A stretch of 64,000 nt of DNA from an uncultured Gemmatimonadales bacterium (GCA_963842945.1 CAWJIM010000024.1:1-64000); one strand, 5' to 3'; counted from the stretch's first letter, positions 51,772 through 62,695 are shown. Translations and numbers: made by a program. Notes: a model not told the origin generated them from the sequence alone.

Positions 51772-51789
51772 GATTATGAGCTCGAGAGT

Positions 51790-52878
51790 CTAGACCAGTT
51801 CAAGCAGATCGGTCCGGCCGTCGGACAAGCACTCGGCGCCGCCGGGACCCAGATATACATCGTCTTCCAAGCGTATTCCGCCCCACCCCGGAAAATAGAT
51901 ACCAGGCTCTACCGTGACCACGGCATGAGACGGCAACGTCGCATCGGAGCTGGGCGACAGCCTGGGAGCCTCGTGCACCTCGAGCCCAAGCCCATGCCCC
52001 AGAGAATGCCCAAAAGCCTCGCCGAATCCCCGGATGGTGATCACCTCGCGGGCCAGGGCGTCTCCCTCGCGGCCGGTCATGCCGGGTCTCAGGTGCTCGA
52101 TTGCCTGCTGCTGCGCCGACTGCACCACTCCGTGAATCAGCCGCTGCCGCTCGTCGGCTCTGGCCCCCACCACCATGGTTCGGGTCAGGTCGGCGCAGTA
52201 CCCATCCACTTGGGCACCGAAGTCCACCAGGAGAAGTTCTCCCGCCTCAACCGGTCGAGGGCTGCTGCGGGCGTGCGGCAACGCCGAACGCTGACCCGAG
52301 GCGACAATAGTTGGAAACGGGTGCCACTGGCTCCCTCGCCGGCGCAGGACGCGCTCCAGGTCGGCGCCGATCTCCAATTCTGTTTGGCCCACCCGAATCC
52401 GAGGCAGTACTTCGGCCAGAGCCTCCTGGGCCAGCTCCGCTGCGGCCCTGATTGCCGCGATTTCTTCCGGCGACTTGATGACCCGCTGACGCTCGACCAG
52501 TTCACTCGTGGGCACCAGGCGAGCCGGGGTCAACCCGCTGAGCCGCTCGGCATCCTTGACGCTCATGACGTGGGATTCGATCCCGAGCCGCTCGATCCGG
52601 CCGTCGTTGAGCACCCTGCCCAGCCGGTCCCATACGCTGCGTGGATCGATCTCCACCACTGCTGCCCCACCAACCTCGGCCGGGGCCTGTGCCGCATACC
52701 TGAAATCGGAGATCAGGACGGTGACATCGTTCCGGACCAGCAGCAGCGCAGCCGAGCCGGTGAACCCGGTCAGGTAGCGAATATTGGGCAGGTGAGTGAT
52801 AACCAGCCCGTCCAGCCCCTCCGCTTCCAGCGCCAGCCTGAGCCCGGTTTGCCGCTCGATCCGGCGGTCAGCCGGCAC
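51790..52878 (-). CDS. Xaa-Pro aminopeptidase (M24)
   Basis: YLTGFTGS, ALPHA, D.G....GYCADLTR, HSLGHGLG, TVEPG, GIRLEDD. Confidence 0.93.
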   Translation of the reverse strand: MPADRRIERQTGLRLALEAEGLDGLVITHLPNIRYLTGFTGSAALLLVRNDVTVLISDFRYAAQAPAEVGGAAVVEIDPRSVWDRLGRVLNDGRIERLGIESHVMSVKDAERLSGLTPARLVPTSELVERQRVIKSPEEIAAIRAAAELAQEALAEVLPRIRVGQTELEIGADLERVLRRRGSQWHPFPTIVASGQRSALPHARSSPRPVEAGELLLVDFGAQVDGYCADLTRTMVVGARADERQRLIHGVVQSAQQQAIEHLRPGMTGREGDALAREVITIRGFGEAFGHSLGHGLGLEVHEAPRLSPSSDATLPSHAVVTVEPGIYFPGWGGIRLEDDVYLGPGGAECLSDGRTDLLELV

Positions 52879-53305
52879 GAAGCCGACCTATCAGCGCCTG
52901 CAAGGCCAGCAGATAGCTTTGTGCGCCGAACCCGGTCACCATGCCGAGTGCGAGGTCCGCTATGACCGAATGCCTACGCTCAGGCTCCCGAGCAAAAATG
53001 TTGGACAGGTGAAGCTCGACGAAGGGTACCCGCACCGCCAGAAGCGCGTCACGGAGCGCCAGGCTTGAATGCGTCAGCGCGGCCGCATTGATCAGGGCCC
53101 CGTCGGCTCGCCCTCGTAACCGCTGGACCGCTTCCACCATTTCACCTTCGTGATTGGTCTGAAACCAATCAATTTCGGCACCAAGGGGCTTGGCCGCTTC
53201 CCGGATCATGGCTTCGATATCCGCCAGACTGGTGCGGCCGTACAGTTCCGGCTCCCTCTCCCCCAGCAGATTGAGGTTGGGGCCGTTGAGCACGGCGACG
53301 CGCAT
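52868..53305 (-). CDS. aroQ: Type II 3-dehydroquinate dehydratase
   Basis: LNGPNLNLLG.REPELYG, Q.NHEG, ELHLSN..ARE. Confidence 0.96.
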   Translation of the reverse strand: MRVAVLNGPNLNLLGEREPELYGRTSLADIEAMIREAAKPLGAEIDWFQTNHEGEMVEAVQRLRGRADGALINAAALTHSSLALRDALLAVRVPFVELHLSNIFAREPERRHSVIADLALGMVTGFGAQSYLLALQALIGRLRAG

Positions 53306-54799
53306 TCAGCGCTTGAGGTTTTGCAACCAAGACTGGAACTGATCCAGATCGTCCTTGCTTGGGTCGCCTTCCTTGGTCTCCGCAGCGGAGCCCGAAGTTG
53401 CCGCGTTGAAGAAGTCGTCGAAGGAGACGGTGTCCGGTGAGCCCGCGGAAGGTGGAGCTGAACCTGCCGCAACTGTTCCTGCTGGGAATGCTCTTTCCTG
53501 AGCGGCGCCCGCCGAGGCTTCGGAGGATGGCCCCGGACTCCCCACCGGTCTGGCTGAAAGCAGGCTGTGAAAGAAGGCGACAACCGACTGCCCCTTCGTC
53601 TCCCGGACCGAATATGACCGCCGCGTCGATTCCGGGACTGAAGCGGGCTCGGGTACGACGATCGGCGGCGTGGCCGGCGCCGACTCAGCTGCTGGAGCAG
53701 ACTTCTGCGATTCAGAAGGCTCCTCTACTGCGGGAGGGATTTCAAACGCCGGCGGCGACGCCACCTCGATTTCAGGCCAGCCCGAAGCTGCCGGAGCCGG
53801 GGCGGCCGCCTCGGCATCCATGAAATCTTCGGCGGCATTGGGTACCCGGAATTCAGAAGCCCCCGAGCTCTGCAGTTCGACCTCGTCGGCGGTCTCGACC
53901 CCGAGATCCTCCACCTCCGGAGATCCAGCCGAGCCGTAGTCGTGAGCCAGCTCGGGATGCAAGTCGTAGGAGCCCTCTTTGGGAGGGACGAACTCCTGAC
54001 TGATGAGGCCAGGGAGCGTGACCGACTCCTCCGACGGACCAGCCGCATCCGGAGCAGTTGTTGCCGGGGGTGTTCCGGCTTTCTGGGGAGGCTCCCCGAT
54101 ATCGAGAAACTGGAGATCGGACGACGGCTTAGGCTCGGCGATGGCCGCCGTCAATTCCAGACTGGGAGCATCCTGGCCTGCTTTTGCCTCGGGCGGCTTT
54201 TCTTCGGGCGGCCTTGTTTCCGGAGACTTTGATTCCGGGCGCTCTGCTTCCGGGGACTTTGCATCAGCCGGTGGCACCGCCGCAGAAGACTTGTCTTCGA
54301 CCTCGGCTGCCACCGGCTCCGGCTGCTTGCTGACTGGCTCGGGCGCGGTCGGTTTGGCCGCGGCCGGCGCCTTGGCATCAGCGGCAACGGGATGCTGTTT
54401 GGCCGTCTCGATCCGAGCGAGTTGTTGCCGGGCCTCCTCGTTGCTCCGGTCTACCGAGATCAGCCGGTTCAGCCACCGTTGGGCATCGCTGAAGCGTTCC
54501 AGCCGTTCGTTGATGTCGGCCAGAGACTTGAGGGCAATGACATTTTCATCGTCCAGACGAAGCACGTGAGAGAATGCGGCCTCTGCCGCCGGGAGGTCTC
54601 CCAGGTCCCAATGGCAACGGCCAAGCACGATGCTGGCGGGTATGTAGTTGGGATGAAGCTCCAGCCCTGCCTTCAACAGCTCCAGGGCCCGTGCGATTTC
54701 TCCGTTTTTGCGATGGACTTCGGCCAAGGGAGCAAAGGTCAGCCCTTGAGGGTTCTCGGCGTACCGACGCTCTAGCTTTTCGATTTCCGTTGTGGCCAT
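53306..54799 (-). CDS. TPR protein with long acidic Pro/Ala-rich linker and a short C-terminal helix
   Basis: N-terminal TPRs (FAPLAE..RK.G), low-complexity middle, ends DDLDQFQSWLQNLKR. Confidence 0.8.
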   Translation of the reverse strand: MATTEIEKLERRYAENPQGLTFAPLAEVHRKNGEIARALELLKAGLELHPNYIPASIVLGRCHWDLGDLPAAEAAFSHVLRLDDENVIALKSLADINERLERFSDAQRWLNRLISVDRSNEEARQQLARIETAKQHPVAADAKAPAAAKPTAPEPVSKQPEPVAAEVEDKSSAAVPPADAKSPEAERPESKSPETRPPEEKPPEAKAGQDAPSLELTAAIAEPKPSSDLQFLDIGEPPQKAGTPPATTAPDAAGPSEESVTLPGLISQEFVPPKEGSYDLHPELAHDYGSAGSPEVEDLGVETADEVELQSSGASEFRVPNAAEDFMDAEAAAPAPAASGWPEIEVASPPAFEIPPAVEEPSESQKSAPAAESAPATPPIVVPEPASVPESTRRSYSVRETKGQSVVAFFHSLLSARPVGSPGPSSEASAGAAQERAFPAGTVAAGSAPPSAGSPDTVSFDDFFNAATSGSAAETKEGDPSKDDLDQFQSWLQNLKR

Positions 54800-54988
54800 C
54801 GGTTCCCGGATCTTCAGGTCAGAACTGCTGGGGGAATCACGGCTTCTCTGCTGCGGGAAGTACGGTGAGAGTAGTTGGCGGCCCTCTGTGTGTCAACTGC
54901 TAAGCAGAATGGCGCCTTGAGGTTCTGCGCTGCCCGCCTTAAGCTTCAGCCTCGTCGCACATCTCACGGTCGGAGCCTCGATTCAGCT

Positions 54989-56821
54989 ATGATGCAAGCC
55001 TTTCGGAACGCGGCCAAGCCCCTCATGGTCGTGGTGGCCATCACCTTCTTTGCCTGGCTGGTGCTGGACCTCAGCGGAATTACCGGCGGCACCGGTCTGC
55101 TCACTCAGACCTCCGTCGGCAAGATCAACGGGCGAAGTATCGACGCCCGCACCTACCAGAGCATTGTTCAGCAGTCGATCGATGCCCGCCAACGGCAGAG
55201 TCCCGGAGCCATGGGGCTGGACGACTATCAGCAGGTCCGGGACGAGGTCTGGGACCAGATTGTCCAGAATAGCGTGCTCGATGCCGAGTACCGCCGCCGG
55301 GGCATCACCGTCAGCGAAGATGAGGTGGTGCAGGCCATCCGCACCTCTCCCCTGCCCGAGTTTCAGAAAGTCCCCGAGTTTCAGACCGATAGCCAGTTCG
55401 ACCTGGCCAAGTACCAGCGCTGGCTCACCTCCAGTGTGGCCCAGCAGTATCTCCCCAGCCTCGACGCCCAGTACCGGGACGAACTGCAACGGGCCAAGCT
55501 GCTACGGCTGGTGACCTCGGACATCTACCTGTCCGATGCCGCGCTCTGGGAGCGGTACCGGGACGAGCATGAGATGGTGAAGATCGGTCTCACCGCCATC
55601 GTGCCTCGCAATGCCGTACCCGATTCATCCATCCGGGTCAGCGATGCCGAAGTGGCCGCCTACTATAAGGCGCACCGGGACGAGTTCCAGCGGCCCAAGA
55701 CTGCCTACATGAGCTATGTGGCGCTGCCGCGCATGGCTACCCACGCGGACACTGCCGCCGTACGCGCCCGGGCCGATTCCGCCCGACAGGAAATCCTGCA
55801 CGGTGCCCCATTCGCTGAGGTAGCCAGCCGTGAGTCGGCCGACAGCGCCAGTGCGGTCAAGGGTGGCGATCTGGGTGAGTGGACCAAGGGAGCGATGGAT
55901 CCTGCCTTCGACTCCGCGGCGTTTGCGCTCCCCTTGCGCACGGTTTCTGCGCCAGTGCTCTCCCAGTTCGGCTTCCATCTCATCGAGATCACCAGCCGCA
56001 AGGGCAACAAGGCCAAGGGTCGACACATCCTGTTCCCTATCGAGGTAACCGGGAGCCATCGCGATCAGCTGGATACCCAAGCCGATAGCCTGGAGCATCT
56101 CGGCGCCGAGCGAAGCGACCCTGCAGCGCTCGACACGGTCGCCCGCGCCCTGAAACTCAGAATCGGGCACACCACCCCGGTTCAGCAAGGCACCAAGGTC
56201 CAACTCGGCCAACTGGTAGTGCCCGATGCGGGGGTCTGGGCCTTTCAGTCCAAGCCCGGCGCAACCAGTCCTGTCATCGAAACCTCATTCGCTTATTACA
56301 TCTTCCGGCTGGACAGCCTCCACGATGCCGGGATACCCCCGCTGGCTGAAGTCCGCTCCGCGGTCGTTTCCGTCGCGCGCGACCAGAAGAAGTGGGCCGC
56401 AGCCCGTCAGTTGGCAAAGGACTATCTGAAGCGAGTGGAGGGAGGAAGCTCAATGGCCCAGGCGGGTGCGGCCATGAAGCTGCCCCACCGAGAGTTCGGC
56501 CCCTTCAGCCGGATCAATCCTCCGCTCACCAATCCGGTTGTGGTCGGCGCGGCCTTTGGACTGAAGGAGGGAGAGCGGAGCGGTGTTCTCGATACCAAGG
56601 ACGGGGTCTACGTGATCGAGACGCTGCAGCACATCAAAGCCGACTCAGCCAAATTCGCCAAAGAGCTGGAGCAGTATAGAGCCCGGCTGATCAATGTGGC
56701 GAAACAGGAGCGGGTGAGAAACTACCTTACGGCCCTCCGCAAATCGGCCAAGATCGTGGATAATCGGGCCAAGGTCCTGCAGCAGTCCGGAACGCCACAG
56801 GCAGAACAGGCGGGGGTGTGA
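54989..56821 (+). CDS. SurA/PpiD-like parvulin peptidyl-prolyl isomerase
   Basis: N-terminal TM, SurA-N helical region, GGDLG, F..AAF.L, SQFGFHLI. Confidence 0.9.
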   Translation: MMQAFRNAAKPLMVVVAITFFAWLVLDLSGITGGTGLLTQTSVGKINGRSIDARTYQSIVQQSIDARQRQSPGAMGLDDYQQVRDEVWDQIVQNSVLDAEYRRRGITVSEDEVVQAIRTSPLPEFQKVPEFQTDSQFDLAKYQRWLTSSVAQQYLPSLDAQYRDELQRAKLLRLVTSDIYLSDAALWERYRDEHEMVKIGLTAIVPRNAVPDSSIRVSDAEVAAYYKAHRDEFQRPKTAYMSYVALPRMATHADTAAVRARADSARQEILHGAPFAEVASRESADSASAVKGGDLGEWTKGAMDPAFDSAAFALPLRTVSAPVLSQFGFHLIEITSRKGNKAKGRHILFPIEVTGSHRDQLDTQADSLEHLGAERSDPAALDTVARALKLRIGHTTPVQQGTKVQLGQLVVPDAGVWAFQSKPGATSPVIETSFAYYIFRLDSLHDAGIPPLAEVRSAVVSVARDQKKWAAARQLAKDYLKRVEGGSSMAQAGAAMKLPHREFGPFSRINPPLTNPVVVGAAFGLKEGERSGVLDTKDGVYVIETLQHIKADSAKFAKELEQYRARLINVAKQERVRNYLTALRKSAKIVDNRAKVLQQSGTPQAEQAGV

Positions 56822-56822
56822 T

Positions 56823-56935
56823 GTAAGCGGGGAAGCTGGGAAGCGCGAAAGACAGGAAGCCGGAAAAAACAAACCCCGGGACACAACGTCCCGGGGTTCT
56901 TGCTTCACGCCTGCCTCGCTTCCCAGCCTTCCCGC
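56823..56935. terminator. Hairpin terminator within inverted GGGAAGC octamer arms, between convergent genes
   Basis: Perfect 11-bp stem aaccccgggac/gtcccggggtt (56872-56898), A-tract on the left. Confidence 0.7.
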
Positions 56936-57190
56936 CTATTGCGACAACCGCTTGGGCTCTCCCGAGGTCGGACTTGGGTTGGGCTGCTGAGCGTCCGGCA
57001 GGCGGGGCGGCAGATCTTGTCGCTGCTCGTCGGTGTTCATGATGGCATCTTGCGTGTCAGAAATACTGCGCTTGAACTCTCGAATGCCCTTCCCGATCGA
57101 GGAGCCCATCTCCGGCAGCCGCTTGGCCCCAAAGAGCAGCAGTACGACCAGCAAGATGACCAGAATCTCCCACATTCCGAGGTTTCCCAC
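56936..57190 (-). CDS. tatA: Twin-arginine translocase TatA/E
   Basis: LG.WE...LLLFGAKRLPE.G..IGKGIREFK. Confidence 0.95.
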   Translation of the reverse strand: MGNLGMWEILVILLVVLLLFGAKRLPEMGSSIGKGIREFKRSISDTQDAIMNTDEQRQDLPPRLPDAQQPNPSPTSGEPKRLSQ

Positions 57191-57198
57191 AGGTCCCC

Positions 57199-57468
57199 CT
57201 AGAAAAGCGACCGCGCGATCAGATAAGCCACCAGGACCCCGACGAGACTCAGAATCGAGACATGCAACCCGATGGGACCCAAGGTGAAGTCTACCACCAG
57301 GAGGTCCATCGAGACAGGTCCGAAACGGGGGGTCCAGGTGCTGGTGAGAAAGGTCCGGGCGGCGCTGTCGGGGAGGGTTTGCCGGAACAGGGATGTCATG
57401 GCTCCGCCCACAATGAACCCGACAATCAGGACTCCGACGTAGAAGCGTGGGCGATGCGGGCTTGGCAT
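57199..57468 (-). CDS. Small membrane protein (DUF4321-like)
   Basis: Two hydrophobic segments with GP..MDL.V..FT.G pattern. Confidence 0.6.
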   Translation of the reverse strand: MPSPHRPRFYVGVLIVGFIVGGAMTSLFRQTLPDSAARTFLTSTWTPRFGPVSMDLLVVDFTLGPIGLHVSILSLVGVLVAYLIARSLF

Positions 57469-58457
57469 CAGCTCCTGCGATCGATGACGTACGTGATGCT
57501 GGCCCTCAAGGCCTCGCGAGCGGCAGAAGGCTGGAGCAGATCGAGCTCGGCATCCGCCTGCTGAGCGAGCTGGTGTGCGCGTTCCCGGGCATAGTCCAGT
57601 CCGCCGGCGTGGCTCACCGCCAGGATAACCTCGGCGATCAGTGCATCACCCGGCTCGGGCGAGTGCAGCAGGCGGGAGACCGCGCGGCGCTCCGCCTCCC
57701 CCAGGTTCGGCAAGGCAGCGATGAGAGGAAGCGTAACCTTGTGCTCGCGCAGGTCGGAGCCAAACGGCTTGCCGGTGACCGAGGCATCCTCCGTGTAATC
57801 GAGCAGGTCGTCCACAATCTGGAACGCCATTCCCAGAGCCTCGCCGAACCGGCGCAGCGCCCCCCGCTCTGCCGGACTGGCCTGAAGCGCGCCTATCTCG
57901 CACGATCCGGCAACGAGCGAGGCCGTCTTGGCCCGGATGAGCAGGTTGTACTCCTCTTCGGAGAATTCCAGCGGATCGTGCGCCAGGAGCTGCCGCATCT
58001 CACCAACGGTCATCTCATTGGTCACCCGGCTCAACACCCGCAGGGGCTCGAGGTCGTTCAGACCCACCAGCTCGATCACGGCGCGGGAGTACAGGTAGTC
58101 TCCCATGATGACCGACACCTGATGGCTGAACAGGGAGTTGATGGTGGGCATTCCCCGGCGGAGGACCGAGTGGTCTACCGAGTCGTCGTGAACCAGCGTG
58201 GCGAGGTGGATCAGTTCAACCACGGCGCCGAGGGTCGTTGCGCGGAGGTCGATGCTGCCGGTTGCCTCTTCAGCCAGGAGCAGCAGGGTGGGGCGGAACA
58301 TCTTCCCCTGCATCTGAAACAGATGCGAATTCACCCGGGTGATCAGCCCGAAGTCCGCCTCGACGATCCGCCGAAGCTCCTGTTGTACCCGCTCCAGGCG
58401 GGGGCGGAGAGGCCGCTGCAGTTCGGCGAGAGAAATCGGAGCGGTCTGATGACTCAC
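57468..58457 (-). CDS. Polyprenyl diphosphate synthase (IspB-like)
   Basis: GKMFRP, LVHDDSVD, RRG, KTA, FQIVDDLLD. Confidence 0.93.
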   Translation of the reverse strand: MSHQTAPISLAELQRPLRPRLERVQQELRRIVEADFGLITRVNSHLFQMQGKMFRPTLLLLAEEATGSIDLRATTLGAVVELIHLATLVHDDSVDHSVLRRGMPTINSLFSHQVSVIMGDYLYSRAVIELVGLNDLEPLRVLSRVTNEMTVGEMRQLLAHDPLEFSEEEYNLLIRAKTASLVAGSCEIGALQASPAERGALRRFGEALGMAFQIVDDLLDYTEDASVTGKPFGSDLREHKVTLPLIAALPNLGEAERRAVSRLLHSPEPGDALIAEVILAVSHAGGLDYARERAHQLAQQADAELDLLQPSAAREALRASITYVIDRRS

Positions 58458-60948
58458 GAGCGCCGTCCTGCGGTGAGCCGGTGGATTCGCTCACTCAGGT
58501 CCATGAATCGGATGTCGACCCCAACAGCCCGTTCGTAGCTGGCCATGGCTTCGGCTTTCTTTCCCAGGGCTTCGGAAGCCCGGCCCAACCAGTAGAGCAG
58601 GCCGATCTTGGCCTCGTCTGTTCCGTCCAGCCCATCCACCGCACGGCGGAGCACCGACTCGCACACAGCGTACTGTCCCTTCTCGAAAAACGCCATGCCA
58701 AGCGCCTCCGAGGTGCGCAGCCGGCCCTCCGAAGACCGCAGCGCTTTCTGAAACTCCGCGATGGCCTCGTCCAGCAGGCCCATCTCCTTGAACGCGATAC
58801 CGAGATCATAGTGCGACTGGTAGTCGTCGGACTCCAGGTTTTCGTCGATGCCGCGCTTGAACTGCTCCAGGATTTCGTGGAACTCACGCTGTTCATCCTG
58901 GTCCTTGGGTTCGCGGCGATTCACTCGCATACGGGTATCGCGCGGACCTTTCTCATCCCGCAGCATCGAGCCAAGATCTACAAACTCGTCGTCGGAGGAG
59001 GACGAAGCTCGACTGGCCCGCGCAGCCGAGGGAGCAGGTGCTGAGCTCGGAGCCGGCGCACTCGGTGTTTTCGATGCCGCCTGGGTGGGAGGCGAGGATG
59101 ACGGTGCTGGCGGCGGCGCCGGCGGCTTCAGGGCAGCCTCGGTCTGCCGGGCGGAGCCGTGTGGGCGGAGCCGGTGCGGGCGGAGCCGCCGGCTTGGTGT
59201 CCCCCCCCACGCGAGCCAGAGCAGCGGTGGCCCGGCCGTTGCCCGGATCGTGCTCGATCACCCGGCCGTACACCGCGGCTGCTTTATCCAGTGCCCCGGA
59301 CTTGGCCAGCGCGTCGCCCAGACCGAGGTAGGCCTCCAGCAGGGGTGCCCGGTCTCCGGTTCGGTAGGCCAGCTCGACCCGCTTCTGGTGGTGCCCAATG
59401 CTGTCAGGCGACAACTGAACCAGTCGATCGGCCATCTGCGACGCGCGAGTCCAATCCTGTCGATCCTCGAATCCGGCCAGTGCCAGCTCCAGCTCTTCGG
59501 CTACTCGGTCATTTTCGCCGAGCGACAGCAGCTTCTCGGCCAGGGCCAGATGGACGTCGGGATTTTCGGGATCATCCAGCACCCGATTCTCCAGATCCGC
59601 CAAGGAGTCGCTCGCAGAGGGTGGCGAACTGATCAGCGGAGGACTATGGCCGGCTACGTCGGTGTCAAGCGAGAGTCCGGAATCCTCCGACCCAGCCACA
59701 TCGGGCAGCGTGGTGAACCCCGTATCGCTATCCGGCAGAGACACGATCAGATCATCAGGAAAATCGATCGGGCTCTTGGGCGCATCCACGGAGAAGTCCA
59801 GCGGGCTCGCCTGGTCGGTAGCAAAGTTGTTCAATGACGTTTCCTGAATGCCATCCAGGGTCATCGACTCGAAATCGAGATTGGATGATTCTCCATCCCC
59901 GAGACTGGACGATTCTCCACCCCGCTGAATGTCAAGCGGCGCCGTCAGATCTGCGAGCGGCTCAATGTTATCACCCAGGCGCTCGATTCCCAGGAGGGGA
60001 TCTGGGCCCGAGCTACTGGGCGAGTCCTCGGAGACCAGCGGATCGACCACCAGGTCGTCGGCACCGGTCATTGCCCCGAAGTCCTCGTTCACCAGCAACC
60101 CCTCGGGGACGCTGGGTTCGGTCTCCGGTACGTTGGCTTGTACCTCAAGCTCGCTGACCGGTTCCGTCGGAGGTGGTTGGACCGGCGGCGGCTCGGCAGC
60201 GGCCCTCGGCGGATCCTTGGGCGGCCGGGAGTAAGCCTGGCCCCGAGGCGGACTGGTTTGCACTTCAACGCCGGTATCCAGAAAGATCAGATCGCCTCTT
60301 TTTGAAGGCGGGCCGGCGCGGCACTGGAGGGGTGGGATGATCGTGGTCCAGACCTTGGAGCCGTTCGCGGGTTTTCCGGGCTCCGCTCTTGTCGCCCGCG
60401 GTCTCCAGATCCTGCGCCATCTTCTCCAGCTGTTCCCGAGCTTCATCCCCCCGGGACGTGGCCCGAAGCAGATCAACCAGCATGCTCCGAATCTCCTGGC
60501 TGCCGGAGAACTGGTCTGCGAACAGCTTCACCGCCTGAAACGCCTGATCCAGCTGGCCCAGCGCGTTCATGCGCTCCAGGAACTCGATCAGGTTCCGTTT
60601 GGCCTCGCTGACCACGTTCTTGCGGGCATGAAGCTGACAGAGCTTGAGGTAGGTCTGGGTGCGCCCGGGGTTTACCCGGAGGATCTTGCCGCACAACGCG
60701 ATGGCGTTGTTGAAGAAGCCCTGGTCAGCGTAGAGATCCACCGCCCGCTCGTAGGACCGGACAGCTTCGGTGGAGTCGTTGATTTTGAGGTAGAGGTCGC
60801 CTACCCGGTTGTACAGCGAAAGATCGGGGGTGGTTTCAGCGCCTGATTCGGCCTGCTGAATGGCCTTCAGGTACACGTCGATGGCTTTTCGCCAATCCTC
60901 CTTTTGCTCCAGCTTCCGCGCCGTGTCTTTCAGCTTTTCCAGATTCAT
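58454..60948 (-). CDS. Large TPR protein, SgmX-like; split by indels near 60300 and 59000-59170
   Basis: N-terminal TPRs with Y...GFF.NAIAL..KIL, acidic linker, C-terminal SHYDLGIAFKEMGLLDEAI TPRs. Confidence 0.7.
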
Positions 60949-61102
60949 GCGGCTCGGGGCTGAGGAGGAGGAACAGGGATAAGATTTGAAGTGCGCGAAA
61001 GATACCGGGCGGCCAAAACCCGGGCAAGCTCACGATGGTGCAACGATTTGCATGCACCAGACCCACTGTCAACGAAACGACTGGGAGGAGCGAGGAGTCG
61101 GC

Positions 61103-62638
61103 CTATGTCCCCGGCCGGGGATCGAACACGCCCTCCATCACCGCCCGGGCCACGCGTTCGAGGTCGGGTCCCGGGGGCCGGTCGGCCGTGAGCGGAGGCA
61201 CCGGCGGGTCCAGGGTCCGCAGTTGTTGGTACAGCTGCGCCACCCCTCTGCCCGGCTTCAAGGGCTTGAGAAACTCCAGACCCTGGCCGGCACAGAGCAG
61301 CTCGGCGGCGACGACCCGCTGCGCATTGACCAGGATTCGCCCCGCCTTGTAAGCAGCCGCCATTCCCATGGGAACGAAGTCTTCCTGATTGGCGTCAGTG
61401 GGAATGGAGCCGATGCTCGCCGGCATGGCCAGCGCTCGCGACTCCGCCACCAGCGAGGCCGCCGCGATCTGAACCATCATGAGCCCGGAGCACAGACCCG
61501 GGTCACTGGTGAGGAACGCGGGGAGGCCCTGGGAGAGATCAGGATTGACCAGCCGCTCGACCCGCCTCTCCGCGATAGCCTGCAGCGTGGTGAGAGTCAG
61601 CGCCAATACGTCCAGCGCCTGAGCAACCGGTTGGCCGTGGAAATTGCCCCCCGAGATCACCTCTCCATTCTCGAAGACCAGCGGGTTATCGGTAGAAGCA
61701 TTGAGCTCCACGATGGCAGTCTGCTCGGCGAAAGCGATAGCGTCGGCCACCGCACCCAGCACTTGAGGAGCGCACCGGAGGCTGTAGGCGTCCTGCACCC
61801 GGGGATCGTTCTCCCGGTGCGATTCCCGGATCTCGCTGTTCTCCAACAGCTCACGCATGAGGGCCGCGGCTCGACTCTGACCTGGATGCGGGCGTGACTG
61901 GTGAATCCGCGGGTCGAGCGGAGCAGGCGTTCCTCGCAGGGCTTCCAGGCTCATTGCCGCGGCAGCAACCGCGGTGCGCCAGAGAACCTTGGCGTCGTGC
62001 ACCATCATCGCCAGCAGCGCGGTTTGCGCCTGAGTTCCATTGATGAAGGCAATGCCCTCTTTGGGGGCGAAGCGGTAGGGCGAAAGCCGGGCGGCCTTCA
62101 AGGCAGCACCGGCGGGCGCTGGCGCCCCCTGCTCGGCGAGCACTTGGCCTTCGCCCATCAGTGCGAGCCCGATGTGACTCAGCGGTGCCAGGTCTCCGCT
62201 GGCTCCGACGCTGCCCTGCTCGGGAACCATCGGAACTACCCCGGCATTGAGCAGGGCTACCAGAGCGTCCAGCAGCTCGGGACGCACGCCGCTGGTCGGC
62301 CGCAGCAGCACGTTCGCGCGGAGCAGCATCACCGCCCGCACCACAGGTACCGGCAGCGGAGTCCCGACCCCGGAGGCGTGACTGCGGATGAGATTGGTCT
62401 GGAGTTGGTCGAGCTGGTCGGCGGGAACCCTGACGTTCGCCAGCTTCCCGAATCCGGTGTTGATCCCGTAGATCGTTTGCCCAGATTGAACCGCCCGCTC
62501 CACCAGCTGCCGGCTTTGGGATAAAGCGCTTCGTGCAGACGGGTCGACCGAGACGCGACTGGCAGGGTTACGGGCTATGTGAACCACGTTCTCGATGGTG
62601 AGCGAGCGGCCGTCAAGAACGCAGTCGATGCGAGCCAT
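61103..62638 (-). CDS. hutH: Histidine ammonia-lyase
   Basis: YGINTGFG, LIRSH, GSVGASGDLAPL (MIO), QDAYSLRC, GGNFHG. Confidence 0.93.
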   Translation of the reverse strand: MARIDCVLDGRSLTIENVVHIARNPASRVSVDPSARSALSQSRQLVERAVQSGQTIYGINTGFGKLANVRVPADQLDQLQTNLIRSHASGVGTPLPVPVVRAVMLLRANVLLRPTSGVRPELLDALVALLNAGVVPMVPEQGSVGASGDLAPLSHIGLALMGEGQVLAEQGAPAPAGAALKAARLSPYRFAPKEGIAFINGTQAQTALLAMMVHDAKVLWRTAVAAAAMSLEALRGTPAPLDPRIHQSRPHPGQSRAAALMRELLENSEIRESHRENDPRVQDAYSLRCAPQVLGAVADAIAFAEQTAIVELNASTDNPLVFENGEVISGGNFHGQPVAQALDVLALTLTTLQAIAERRVERLVNPDLSQGLPAFLTSDPGLCSGLMMVQIAAASLVAESRALAMPASIGSIPTDANQEDFVPMGMAAAYKAGRILVNAQRVVAAELLCAGQGLEFLKPLKPGRGVAQLYQQLRTLDPPVPPLTADRPPGPDLERVARAVMEGVFDPRPGT

Positions 62639-62695
62639 CGCCCGAAGTTGACGCCGTCCCGCTTCCGATTCAACCCCCGAGCCCAGCCGACCGCG

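Noticed and set aside
3360..60300. Many frameshifted genes (SAH, LamG, GTs, wzy, rfbB, rarA, asparaginase, recA, ftsK, comB, large TPR) as pseudogenes, programmed frameshifts or phase variation
   Set aside because: Breaks are scattered single indels that also hit normally indispensable genes while motifs on both sides stay intact; long-read error is simpler. Read polishing would settle it.
60949..61102. Riboswitch (e.g. c-di-GMP) upstream of the SgmX-like gene
   Set aside because: A tggtgca/tgcacca hairpin is present but I could not match any aptamer consensus
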